A stretch of DNA of 64,000 bases from Escherichia coli. Lineage in GTDB: Bacteria; Pseudomonadota; Gammaproteobacteria; Enterobacterales; Enterobacteriaceae. Location: NCBI RefSeq assembly GCF_965641715.1, contig NZ_OZ282453.1. One strand, 5' to 3'. Position numbers and translations under genes: made by a program. This document shows positions 28,727 through 38,305 of the stretch, piece after piece. The notes under the pieces are model-generated. The model was given only the letters and a program-made list of their open reading frames with translations. It was not told where the DNA came from and did not search any database. The stretch's first letter is position 1, and the number at the start of each line of letters is the position of its first letter.

Positions 28727-29920
28727 CTAAAGCGCACCGGCCTTCTGGCGTGCGGTAACAAAGGTCAGTACGCCCGCGCAAAGGAGCAGCACACTACTCA
28801 TGGCAAACGTACTCTGCCAGCCAAGGCGGTCAAACACGATGCCTCCTGCCGTTGATCCAAGGGCGATTGAGAGCTGAATCACCGCGACCATGAGCCCGCC
28901 TCCGGCTTCGGCGTTGTCAGGCAACGTACGCGCAATCCATGTCCACCATCCGGTTGGCGCGGCGGTGGCCAGCATGCCCCAGAGTCCTAACAGCAGCGAG
29001 ACCGTCCAGACGTGATGCCCGGTAAGCATCAGACCGATGGCAATGACGGCCATCAGTCCGGGTATGGCCATCAGCGTGGGGTAGAATTTTCTGTTGAGAA
29101 ATGTCGAAACAACCAGCGTGCCAATAAAACCGGCCACGCCGATAATCAGCAAAATCAACGACAAGCCTAAGGAATTAACCCGTGTCACCGACTCCAGAAA
29201 CGGGCGCACATAGGTGAATAGCGCAAACTGCCCCATGAAAAACAGGCCACAAGCTATCATGCCGACCACAACCATGCGGCGGCTAAATAAGCGGAATACC
29301 GCGCCACATGACGTGTGGCTTTTATTCGCATCCATGCTGGGCAGACTAATGCACTGCCAGATAAAGGCGACAACCGCCATGGGCACCAGGCACAAGAAAG
29401 CGCCTCGCCATCCGACCGTAGCCCCCAGATAGCTTCCCAGCGGCGCGGCCACGACCGTCGCCAGCGCATTACCGGCGTTGAAAATCGCCAGCGCACGCGT
29501 GACCTGATGCTGCGGCACCAGACGAATCGCCGTTGCCGCTGACATCGACCAGAATCCGCCAATGGCCACACCAATCATCGCACGACCGACCATATACATC
29601 AGATAACTGGTAGCCAGCGCAATAATAAGCCCCGATACGGCCATCAGAACCGTCATCCCCAGCAGCAGGAACTTACGATTCATCTTTCCAGCTAGCGTTG
29701 AAAGCGTCAGGCTGGTCAGAACCGCCAGCGCGCCGGAGATAGCAATCCCCTGCCCTGCCAGCCCCTCCGTCACGCCTAAATCGCGGGTAATCGGCGTGAG
29801 CAGGCTGACGGGCATAAATTCAGAAGCAATCAGCACAAACACGCACAGGGTCATGGCAAAAATACCGCCCCAGTATGCGCGCTGATGATGAGGTGATAGT
29901 GTTTGGCTTAGTGTCGACAT
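28727..29920 (-). CDS. MFS-family transporter
   Basis: 397 aa; about 12 predicted hydrophobic helices. Confidence 0.7.
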   Translation of the reverse strand: MSTLSQTLSPHHQRAYWGGIFAMTLCVFVLIASEFMPVSLLTPITRDLGVTEGLAGQGIAISGALAVLTSLTLSTLAGKMNRKFLLLGMTVLMAVSGLIIALATSYLMYMVGRAMIGVAIGGFWSMSAATAIRLVPQHQVTRALAIFNAGNALATVVAAPLGSYLGATVGWRGAFLCLVPMAVVAFIWQCISLPSMDANKSHTSCGAVFRLFSRRMVVVGMIACGLFFMGQFALFTYVRPFLESVTRVNSLGLSLILLIIGVAGFIGTLVVSTFLNRKFYPTLMAIPGLMAVIAIGLMLTGHHVWTVSLLLGLWGMLATAAPTGWWTWIARTLPDNAEAGGGLMVAVIQLSIALGSTAGGIVFDRLGWQSTFAMSSVLLLCAGVLTFVTARQKAGAL

Positions 29921-29995
29921 AGTGAAATTTCACAAAGATCAGGATAAAAGCCACCGGCCATAGACCGGTGGCTTTGCATCAATTCAGGAGAGGTT

Positions 29996-31132
29996 TTATT
30001 TCAGTTTGGCCTGGAAAAATTGTTCGAACTTCGCGAAAGGTATTTTTCCGGCCACGTTATCGTACAGGTCCACGTGATTTGCTCCTGGTACCACCACCAG
30101 CTCTTTGTCGTTACTGCCAACCACCTTGTAAGCATCTTCAGCAAAATAGCGTGAATGCGCTTTCTCACCGGTCACAATCAGCGTCGGGATGGTGATTTCA
30201 CTGGCGTAGCTCAACAGCGGCATATTCATAAATGACAGCGGCATCGTTGCCGTCCACGCCCCGGTAGAGTTAACGGAACGTTCGTGGAAGCCGCGCGGCA
30301 TGCGATAGTAGTCAAAGAACTCTTTCAGTACCGGATGAGGATTTGCCGGCAGCGTTTCTGGCAGAATACGCTCGCCCGCACTGACCTTGCCGTTGCTATC
30401 GACATTAATATCATGACCACCGTGAGCGAACGTTCCGCTCTGCGCATCCTTCCAGCGCTGTTCATTCAGATATTGCAGAACAGCACGACGGTCGGCGGTA
30501 GAATAACGGTCTTCGCCATCCCCCACACCATGGCCCATCGCCCGGCTCATGTCATACATCACGCTGGTAGCAACCGCTTTAACGCGGGTATCCATCGCCA
30601 CGTCGTTCAGCGCCATGCCACCCCAGCCACAAATACCGAGCAGCCCGATACGGTTGCGATCTACCTCTTTTTGCAGCCCTAAGAAATCCACCGCCGCGCT
30701 GAAATCTTCAGTGTTGATATCCGGTGAGGCGACGTTTCGCGGATAGCCGCCGCTTTCCCCGGTGTAAGAAGGATCGAACGCCAGGGTAACAAACCCTCGT
30801 TCCGCCAGCGTCTGCGCATACAAGCCGCTGGATTGCTCTTTCACCGCGCCAAATGGCCCACTGACCGCAATCGCCGCCAGCTTGCGATCGCCACGGTCTT
30901 TAGGCAGGTAAAGATCGCCCACTAAGGTGATGCCATATCGGTTCGGGAACGATACTTTACGGTGATCGACTTTCTGGCTCTCGGCGAACGTTTTATCCCA
31001 TTTATCGGTCATGGACACAGGGGCATTAGGATTGGTTGAATCAGCATAACTCATTGTCGTGACTCCACTTAATGATGCGAAAAGCAGCATGGCCGGCATC
31101 GCGGTTTTTAGCGTTCGGGTGAAGGCTTTCAT
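29996..31132 (-). CDS. Secreted alpha/beta-fold hydrolase, paralog of the 10276-11196 protein
   Basis: Signal peptide (AMPAMLLFASLSGVTTMSYA); GLLGICGWGG nucleophile elbow; C-terminus LVVVPGANHVDLYD parallels the paralog; start ambiguous (ORF reaches 31153). Confidence 0.6.
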   Translation of the reverse strand: MKAFTRTLKTAMPAMLLFASLSGVTTMSYADSTNPNAPVSMTDKWDKTFAESQKVDHRKVSFPNRYGITLVGDLYLPKDRGDRKLAAIAVSGPFGAVKEQSSGLYAQTLAERGFVTLAFDPSYTGESGGYPRNVASPDINTEDFSAAVDFLGLQKEVDRNRIGLLGICGWGGMALNDVAMDTRVKAVATSVMYDMSRAMGHGVGDGEDRYSTADRRAVLQYLNEQRWKDAQSGTFAHGGHDINVDSNGKVSAGERILPETLPANPHPVLKEFFDYYRMPRGFHERSVNSTGAWTATMPLSFMNMPLLSYASEITIPTLIVTGEKAHSRYFAEDAYKVVGSNDKELVVVPGANHVDLYDNVAGKIPFAKFEQFFQAKLK

Positions 31133-31318
31133 AAAAATCCCCATAAAAAACAACAGAGAGATACAGGTTTCCGACGGACAACGCTGCGGTGCTTTACTTT
31201 GATGGGGTCATTATAGTGAGCAGAATTAGTGCTGATTAGGGGGCGATTAATGCTAAGATTAATACCATATTGTTATAAATTAATGCGAAGATTGCCGGCA
31301 TGAAGGGGGGATGTTTCA

Positions 31319-32203
31319 ATGGCGAAAAGGGAGAACTACAACGAGCTGTACCTGTTTATGCAGGTGGTTCGAGAAGGCAGCTTTACCGCAGCGGCTCAGC
31401 GGCTGGGTCTTGCTCAGTCAGGAGTCAGCCGTTCTGTTCGCGAGCTTGAAGAAAGGCTGGGTGTCCAGCTGCTAGTGCGCACCACGCGTAAACTGTCGCT
31501 GACACAAGCAGGCGAGCAGCTCTACCAGAAGACGGCATCTGGATTTGAAATGTTAGATCTTGGGCTTGCCACACTGGCGCACTATCGAGAGACGCCCTCC
31601 GGCACGGTGCGTATCAATGCCAGCCAGCACGCGATTGATAAATGCCTGCTGCCAAAGCTGGCGGTATTTAAACAGCGATATCCTGATATCCGGCTTGAAC
31701 TGATAAATGAGAGCCGGTTCGTCGATATCATCGAGGAAAGATTCGATGCAGGTGTCCGCCTGGGGCCTGAAGTCGGCCAGGGTATGGTCGCGGTACGCAT
31801 CACGCCCGATATGGAGATGGCAATTGTGGGGACTCCGGAACATTTTCGTCGCTATGGTTTTCCGCAAACTCCGGCGGATTTAAAGGCGCATCCCTGTATC
31901 GCCTATCAGTTTGCCGACGGCAGCGTATACCAGTGGGAACTCAATCAGGATGATAAAAAAATCACTCATCGCCCTGAAGGGCAATGGGCCCTATCCGACA
32001 GCTATATGGAAGCAGAAGCCGCCCGGCTGGGCCTCGGATTGGCCTATGTTCCTGTTGAACTGGTCGCGGATGATTTAGAACACGGTAAGCTTATCAGGGT
32101 GTTGCAGCGTTACAGCCTGCGAATGGAGGGATTGTTTCTCTATTACCCTCATCGCAACGTCTCCCCCGCTCTGCGGATGGTCATTGATACATTGAAAATC
32201 TGA
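31319..32203 (+). CDS. LysR-family transcriptional regulator
   Basis: 294 aa; HTH FTAAAQRLGLAQSGVSRSVR; divergent from the hydrolase/MFS genes. Confidence 0.75.
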   Translation: MAKRENYNELYLFMQVVREGSFTAAAQRLGLAQSGVSRSVRELEERLGVQLLVRTTRKLSLTQAGEQLYQKTASGFEMLDLGLATLAHYRETPSGTVRINASQHAIDKCLLPKLAVFKQRYPDIRLELINESRFVDIIEERFDAGVRLGPEVGQGMVAVRITPDMEMAIVGTPEHFRRYGFPQTPADLKAHPCIAYQFADGSVYQWELNQDDKKITHRPEGQWALSDSYMEAEAARLGLGLAYVPVELVADDLEHGKLIRVLQRYSLRMEGLFLYYPHRNVSPALRMVIDTLKI

Positions 32204-32440
32204 ACGTTAACAACGACCGACTCTTCACTGTGCAATATTGTGTCAGGTAGTCACTCTGCGTTCAATTCCAGGGGCCGCTTTGAGCGAGAAAGAGCGGACT
32301 TATCTGTACAAGGGGACTATCCAGCAATGGAGATCACCCAAAAGAAAAAACTACCTGGCTCCCTCAACAACCTTCATCCGGGAATTTAGCCTCAATCAAC
32401 ATTTTTATATCTGTCAGGTTACTTCATTATGAAAACCGAT

Positions 32441-32705
32441 CAATATCGTTGTTTTTGTTGCAATAGTAGAATACGCGTATTTATTCCTCCATTTCTATTA
32501 ATAACGGCCATAAACTGTTCATTTCACTGATATTTAAAATATGCATCCTTTTCAAGCTGTTCAGCGGCGTAAGAAAACGTATTAAATATGAATTCGACGA
32601 TTTAACCATTTCTGTCTGATTGGTAATCATCTGTGATTAATGCTGGTCTATTGATTACGCCAGCATTAACCGCTTAGGGATGTATTCTTCCTGTTGATAT
32701 ACAGC
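32441..32705 (+). repeat. Degenerate second copy of the ykgR-rpmE2-rpmJ2 locus with the central ~680 bp missing
   Basis: 32441-32546 aligns to 13099-13215 (ykgR 3' end plus downstream); 32550-32705 aligns to 13896-14046 (rpmJ2 last codons plus downstream flank); about 80-85 percent identity by eye. Confidence 0.6.
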
Positions 32706-32903
32706 CTCGAAAAAGAGAGAAAATAAAACTGTGTCCAATATTACTTTACTACTCCAGACCGAAGCATCGGTAGAATTAGCAGAACGACTGGTACAGAAGG
32801 TGGGTATAGCGTCATTTGTCAGGTATTCCATTGCCTGACAAATGACAATTTTGAGTCAATAGACGTGCTTCTTGATCATGTCTTAAAAATTATACCATGA
32901 GCC

Positions 32904-33134
32904 TTATGAAGCATTATTTTTACTGACTGGTGTTAACTTTGCTATCATATAAACTCTGTTCTTAAAAAACGCGCCCAGAATTTTATATGATTTCCCTTGT
33001 TTTTCTGCCTGTAAAGAAATTTCTTTTTCAGTGCTGTTAATGGTTGAACCGACGGCAGTAATCGTTTTGGCGACGCTACTGAATGATAATAAAGACAGTG
33101 CAACCACAACAATTAAAGAACAGATAGTATTCAC
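32904..33134 (-). CDS. Small secreted protein, DUF1471 (BhsA/YdgH/McbA-like) family candidate
   Basis: GTG start 7 nt after an AGGAG Shine-Dalgarno; signal peptide; C-terminal AEKQGKSYKILG resembles the DUF1471 signature. Confidence 0.45.
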   Translation of the reverse strand: MNTICSLIVVVALSLLSFSSVAKTITAVGSTINSTEKEISLQAEKQGKSYKILGAFFKNRVYMIAKLTPVSKNNAS

Positions 33135-33347
33135 GCTAATTCTCCTGACAATTGAGAGGATGAGTTTTATATATAAAGGCATTAAACATGAGTCATGTTT
33201 ACTTCCTGTGAAAATAATCTTTCTGTAATTAAACCCTCATCTCCTTCGGGGTGAGCAATACATAATGCATCTTGCTATGAAAAACACAGGGATATATAAA
33301 TCTTCCTTCTGACCTATTTAATAAAACGTGAATGTAAAAATTATTCT

Positions 33348-34070
33348 TCAGTTTGCAGATGCAGTGGGTCTGATGGTAATTTCGGTTGTATCAACGCTTT
33401 CGGGAGATTCAATAATATGCCTTACCGCACGGGCAATATCCGCAGGTTGAAGTGCAACAGAACGGTAGGCGTCCATTGCCTTCATGGTTTCCACATGGGT
33501 AATGGTTGAAGCCAGTTCACTTTCGACAACGCCAGGATTTACGCAGGTCACACGGATTTTCGAGCTTTCCTGCCGTAAGCCATCAGAAATAGCCCGTACT
33601 GCAAATTTGGATGCACAATAGACTGCGCCTGTGGGCACAACAGAAAGGGCACCAATAGAACCAAGATTGATTATCTGACCGGAACCCTGTGCTTCCATCA
33701 CCGGAAGTACAGCGCCAATTCCCCACAGTACACCTTTGATATTCACGTCAATAGTGAGCTCCCATTCATCCTGTTTTCCTGCTGCAAGCGGTGAAAGCGG
33801 CATAACGCCCGCATTATTGATAAGAACATCAACTCGCCCCCAGCTATCCAGCGCTACTTGCACGAAATCTGCCATGGACTGTCGGTCTGTGACATCCAAC
33901 TCCCGAGCTTTAGCAATTCCTCCTGCGCGGCAAATTTCGGTTGCAATGGCTTCGATACGCTCAACTCTGCGTGCTCCCAGTAAAGTCTTTGCACCTGTCG
34001 TTCCCAGCTCTCTGGCAATACCTTCCCCAATACCACTTGATGCGCCGGTGATTAATATGACCTTATCCAT
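33348..34070 (-). CDS. Short-chain dehydrogenase/reductase (SDR)
   Basis: TGASSGIG Rossmann motif and catalytic YxxxK (YCASK). Confidence 0.75.
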   Translation of the reverse strand: MDKVILITGASSGIGEGIARELGTTGAKTLLGARRVERIEAIATEICRAGGIAKARELDVTDRQSMADFVQVALDSWGRVDVLINNAGVMPLSPLAAGKQDEWELTIDVNIKGVLWGIGAVLPVMEAQGSGQIINLGSIGALSVVPTGAVYCASKFAVRAISDGLRQESSKIRVTCVNPGVVESELASTITHVETMKAMDAYRSVALQPADIARAVRHIIESPESVDTTEITIRPTASAN

Positions 34071-34168
34071 TACGTTCTCCTTCAAATGTGTTCGGAGAGA
34101 GAATAGAACTTTATGATTGGTTCCAGTATCCTGCTTTCAATGTACTCAGTGGTTAGCGGCATTAAACA

Positions 34169-35068
34169 ATGAAAATCGATCTTAATCTTTTACCCATTTT
34201 TATCGCGGTAGCAGAAGAAAGTAATTTTAGTAAAGCCGCCGCACGACTGGGCGTTACCCGTTCAGCGGTCAGTCAGGGAATAAGACGCCTTGAAGATGCA
34301 TTCGGGACAATGCTTGTAATGCGGACCACGCGCTCAGTTAATTTGACGGAAGCGGGAGAACGGCTGCATAAATCGTTGTCATTACCTTTATCCGGTATTG
34401 AGACAGCGTTCGAAGAGATGGTTTCTGATCATGTACCACGTGGACTTCTCAGAATCGCAGTGACGTCAATAGCTGAAGAATTTCTTTCAGGTCCGCTAAT
34501 CGCTTCGTTTGCAGCAGCCAATCCAGCCGTTACGCTTGATATTGTTGTCACGGATGAGGAATTCGATATCGTGGCCGCAGGTTACGATGCTGGCGTAAGG
34601 CTCGGAGAGGTCATTGAAAAAGACATGATTGCTGTGCCCCTTACCGGCAGTCAGCGTGAAATGGTCGTTGCCTCTCCCTCCTATCTCGCAGCCAACAGCA
34701 CACCTGTTCATCCGCGTGAACTTGTGAATCATAAGTGTATCGGCTGGCGTCAGTCCCCGGAGGTTGCGCCTTATCGCTGGCCATTTGAAGAAAACGGGAG
34801 AGCTTTCGACCTTGCGATTGAACCGCAGATTACGACTAATGATCTGCGTCTGATGTTGAGGCTGGCTCTTGCCGGCGGAGGAATAACAATTGCCACTCAG
34901 GAAACTTTCAGGCCGTATATTGAAAGCGGTAAGCTTGTATCTCTGCTTGATGACTTTCTTCCACAATTTCCGGGCTTCTATCTGTATTTCCCACAGCGTC
35001 GCAATATTGCACCAAAGCTCCGCGCCCTGATTGACCACGTCAAGGAATGGCGGCAGCAATTGGCTTAA
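34169..35068 (+). CDS. LysR-family transcriptional regulator
   Basis: 299 aa; HTH FSKAAARLGVTRSAVSQGIR; divergent from the SDR gene. Confidence 0.75.
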   Translation: MKIDLNLLPIFIAVAEESNFSKAAARLGVTRSAVSQGIRRLEDAFGTMLVMRTTRSVNLTEAGERLHKSLSLPLSGIETAFEEMVSDHVPRGLLRIAVTSIAEEFLSGPLIASFAAANPAVTLDIVVTDEEFDIVAAGYDAGVRLGEVIEKDMIAVPLTGSQREMVVASPSYLAANSTPVHPRELVNHKCIGWRQSPEVAPYRWPFEENGRAFDLAIEPQITTNDLRLMLRLALAGGGITIATQETFRPYIESGKLVSLLDDFLPQFPGFYLYFPQRRNIAPKLRALIDHVKEWRQQLA

Positions 35069-35193
35069 ATGTCTGCACCTGCATTGCCTGATGTCAGAAC
35101 AGTATTTTGATTAATTGCCAGGGTTACAATGGCATAAATACGGCACAGGAGGAAACGTGGTGTATTTAAATATGGGGTAACTACTTGATTTAA

Positions 35194-35211
35194 ATGGTGC
35201 CGATAATAGGA
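35194..35211. repeat. attL: 18-bp direct repeat (atggtgccgataatagga) identical to the thrW 3' end at 46821-46838
   Basis: Exact match read directly; marks the island boundary distal to the integrase. Confidence 0.7.
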
Positions 35212-35391
35212 ATAAAATAAAACAATAACATACTGAAAAATATACAAAAAAGAAACACACCGTTAAGTAATGCCCCCGAAAATGCCCCCATAATAGATGC
35301 CGCAGTAAGTCGACTTGTCCCAAGGACTGGTAAGTAATGTCAATAGCGGGAACAAAGAGACATTACTTACCGAGAATGGAATCCATTTAGG

Positions 35392-36621
35392 TTATGCTGG
35401 CCAATCCCACTGCTGATAGGCAGAGAATAGGCGCGTGAGCTCAGCAGGCGCAAGAATATCAACAATATTAGCTCTGTAGCTATGCGATTTACCTAATGGA
35501 ACATTTTCGAAATGATTAGCTTGATAAGGATTAAAATCGTGAAGCTCACCTAATGTTGAGATATCGGTATTAATAGTTTTAAGCCAAGAAACAAGAATTA
35601 CTTTTGCCCCTGTTCTCTGTATGTAAGCTCTTGCCGATTCAAAACTATAGCCTCGAGTTGTTATATCATCTATAAGAAGTACTGTTTTACCAGGGCCTAA
35701 AGGTGGTTTTTTATAGGTAGTTCTAGGATTTCTGTGTGGCTGAGAATTAAGACAAATTGTATTAAGTTGATTGCAATGGTCAATTGCAACTCCCTCATTT
35801 CTTGCTTTTTGAGATTTTTTGGAAGTCGTATGCCTTAAAATAAGATCTGGGATATACGTCTTGCGAAAACATTTTCCAAATATTGAAATCGCTTCATCCA
35901 TGATATTATTCCCATATCCTTGCTTATGCCCTGGATAAACACTAACATAATTAATCATCTTATGAATGCCACTAAAATAGAGACTGGATATTAAGGCACT
36001 CGTCCAAAATTCAGGATGGCCTAATCCATGTTTAGCAGCAGCACGAGCATCTTCAGAGTAAAGAGTATACTCTTCCTTCATGGTGCTGAAAGGAGCAAGT
36101 GCATAGAAATTAAAATCACCATCGTGAATTTCATGACACCAAAGATGCTCTCTTAAACAGAAGGTATCTATAAATCTAGCAATATCTTTAGGGGTTGAAA
36201 ACTCGAAACCATAATCTGTTTTGTCTGCCCACCATGTAGCTCTTAAAAAGAGCAACTCACCATTAACTGCTGTTTGCATGTCGTTTATCGAAGCACCAAT
36301 GTACAAAGTTTCTGTACTTTCCCAACCCATCAAATCAAGGACATATTTTGTAGCATCCGCAGTTGGCTTCCCTGGAATGCTCTTATCTTTCGCTCGACAA
36401 AGATATTTAAATTCTCCCCAATGCTTTTGTAACACATCCTCTAAAGGGGTTCTTTCATCTCCGACAACCCAACCCCTGTTAGTGAATACAACAAACTCGA
36501 TCTTTTTAGTTCTGAAATATCTAATTAATTTATCTACCTCTGCAAAGATTTCGCTATCGATCTTTCCCTTAGGCACAAGAATATCTTCAACACTAAGAAT
36601 CACACCCTTAATTTTGCTCAT
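35392..36621 (-). CDS. Protein with C-terminal phosphoribosyltransferase (PRTase) domain; ShosT-like candidate effector
   Basis: 409 aa; PRPP-binding motif VLLIDDITTRGYSF near the C-terminus; N-terminal ~250 aa unassigned; AT-rich; 11 bp downstream of the DprA-like gene. Confidence 0.65.
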   Translation of the reverse strand: MSKIKGVILSVEDILVPKGKIDSEIFAEVDKLIRYFRTKKIEFVVFTNRGWVVGDERTPLEDVLQKHWGEFKYLCRAKDKSIPGKPTADATKYVLDLMGWESTETLYIGASINDMQTAVNGELLFLRATWWADKTDYGFEFSTPKDIARFIDTFCLREHLWCHEIHDGDFNFYALAPFSTMKEEYTLYSEDARAAAKHGLGHPEFWTSALISSLYFSGIHKMINYVSVYPGHKQGYGNNIMDEAISIFGKCFRKTYIPDLILRHTTSKKSQKARNEGVAIDHCNQLNTICLNSQPHRNPRTTYKKPPLGPGKTVLLIDDITTRGYSFESARAYIQRTGAKVILVSWLKTINTDISTLGELHDFNPYQANHFENVPLGKSHSYRANIVDILAPAELTRLFSAYQQWDWPA

Positions 36622-36631
36622 TTCATCTTCC

Positions 36632-37612
36632 TTAGAGATCTAAGCTCTGCTGTATCGGCTGTGCTTTTAAATCATGATTATTATTCAAAATATAATTACT
36701 CATCTCATTCAATTCAAAAGGCATTAAAAAAGATAAAGAATTTCTATTTTCTTCAGCAAACTTCAATTCTGGTCTACTTTCATACGTAGTAGGAAGATAT
36801 GGACTCGCTATCTTTTTTGCATACTTAAAAGCATAATCAACAGTATGTGATGTTCCACTTTTAATATTCCATTCGACTGGTATTAGTGAATCACATAAAG
36901 CAGCCTGGATTCTGTTACGCCTTACAAAATTTTCTGCGCTATATGTTTGTTCAGGTAGATACTCGGTAACGATAGCCCCACCATTAGAAACTATTGCTCG
37001 ATATAACTCTTTAGAACCTTTCGGATACTCGACAAAAATCCCATTACCCAATACCGCAATAGTTGGAATGCCATATCTCAGCGATTCATAATGACAACAT
37101 TGATCTATTCCTGTCGCCAAACCACTGACTGTTGAAACATCTTTAGAATATAGAGAAGAAACAATCAGTTTTACTAGAAAAATACCATCATCCGTTGGCT
37201 TTCGTGTCCCCACAATTGCAACAGATTTCTTATTAAGAAGTTCATAATTACCATGAACAAAAATCCAAAATGGCGGATCGCTTATGTTCTTTAATGATTG
37301 AGGAAATGTAGCCTGATCATAAAAGGTGAGCACAATACCATTTTTATTGAGTTCACGAGCTCTCTCCAGTCCCTTAGACCAAAGGTCTTGTTGAAATGTT
37401 TCCCAAGATATATTTTTAGGCAAGGAAACTCTTAGATATCCTGCCAAGGCATCAGCTGTATTATCTTTTAATATATTCTTAAATCCAATTTTGGATTGAT
37501 AGATTTTGCGAAGCGTCCAGTAACCAACCCCCTTTAGACAAGTTAAGGCAAGAAACGCAATAATTTCATTTTTCCAAAACTCTCTAACTTCAGTGTAATC
37601 TTTATATTCCAT
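36632..37612 (-). CDS. DprA/Smf-like (SLOG-superfamily Rossmann) protein; ShosA-like candidate
   Basis: DprA signature region (VAIVGTRKPT ... SGLATGIDQCCH ... TIAVLGNGIFVEYP ... FVRRNRIQAAL); start set at the internal Met MEYKDY. Confidence 0.65.
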   Translation of the reverse strand: MEYKDYTEVREFWKNEIIAFLALTCLKGVGYWTLRKIYQSKIGFKNILKDNTADALAGYLRVSLPKNISWETFQQDLWSKGLERARELNKNGIVLTFYDQATFPQSLKNISDPPFWIFVHGNYELLNKKSVAIVGTRKPTDDGIFLVKLIVSSLYSKDVSTVSGLATGIDQCCHYESLRYGIPTIAVLGNGIFVEYPKGSKELYRAIVSNGGAIVTEYLPEQTYSAENFVRRNRIQAALCDSLIPVEWNIKSGTSHTVDYAFKYAKKIASPYLPTTYESRPELKFAEENRNSLSFLMPFELNEMSNYILNNNHDLKAQPIQQSLDL

Positions 37613-38027
37613 TTTACGTTTGCCTTTTAGATTACAACCCGTACTCAACACAAAAAATTTAGAAAATTGTTGCCAAAAGCATATTATAAATAGCATCTTA
37701 CCGCAGATTTGTGAAGCAACAACATCCCTAGGAGAAACCTTAACCTAGCGGGACAACTTACTGACCAATCCTCAGCTAGCTCATTGAATTGCCCCCATAT
37801 CGCACAGCCCCGCACGCCTGCCCGCTTCGCTTAACAGACTGGTTTTCATGCACCTCATAAATCGTCTCAGAAGCCACCAAACAAGGGCTTTCTCGTCAAA
37901 AATGGTGCATAAGACTCATGCGTTTTCATGCGCCATAGACATGCACTCATGCGCTCTCAGGCCAGCCAGGGAAAAGGTGTTAAAAATCCCGGTACTCGAC
38001 CGGGATTACGTAGGCGTTTTTTTCTAA

Positions 38028-38300
38028 TCAGACAGGAATCTGCTGACGGCTTGACAGTTTTGACGCGGAGCCATAGCGATTGAGCGTTTGCTGTTGTTTT
38101 ACCGGGGTTTGTGATTTGTCTGGTTCCTGTTCATTGCGCCGGGGTTTCATGATTATCTTATCCACACTCTCCAGTGCCGTAAATGTGCAGGAACATTCCA
38201 GATTCTGGCACTGATACCACGAGCGTTTAACTGACGGAGCTTCATAGGCTGCTGTTCTGGCGTGTGCAACTGTACCGCATTCCGGACATTTAAGTGCCAT
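38028..38300 (-). CDS. Ogr/Delta-family zinc-finger late-gene activator
   Basis: CPECG...(H)...YQCQNLECSCTF zinc-finger spacing as in P2 Ogr / P4 Delta. Confidence 0.75.
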   Translation of the reverse strand: MALKCPECGTVAHARTAAYEAPSVKRSWYQCQNLECSCTFTALESVDKIIMKPRRNEQEPDKSQTPVKQQQTLNRYGSASKLSSRQQIPV

Positions 38301-38305
38301 TAATA

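Noticed and set aside
28149-28781. ORFs of 150, 93 and 167 aa overlapping the paoD 3' end and the paoD-MFS intergenic region
   Set aside because: Out-of-frame or antisense overlaps of paoD in GC-rich sequence; no motifs; the region is better explained by a terminator hairpin.
35065-35323. Two minus-strand ORFs (60 and 70 aa) spanning the attL repeat
   Set aside because: They cross the island boundary and attachment-site repeat, are AT-rich low complexity, and have no start context.
37697-38027. Possible cos site or extra gene between the DprA-like gene and ogr/delta
   Set aside because: No ORF with start context; a hairpin followed by a T-run near 37990-38024 could be a terminator; I could not recognise a P2/P4 cos sequence by eye.
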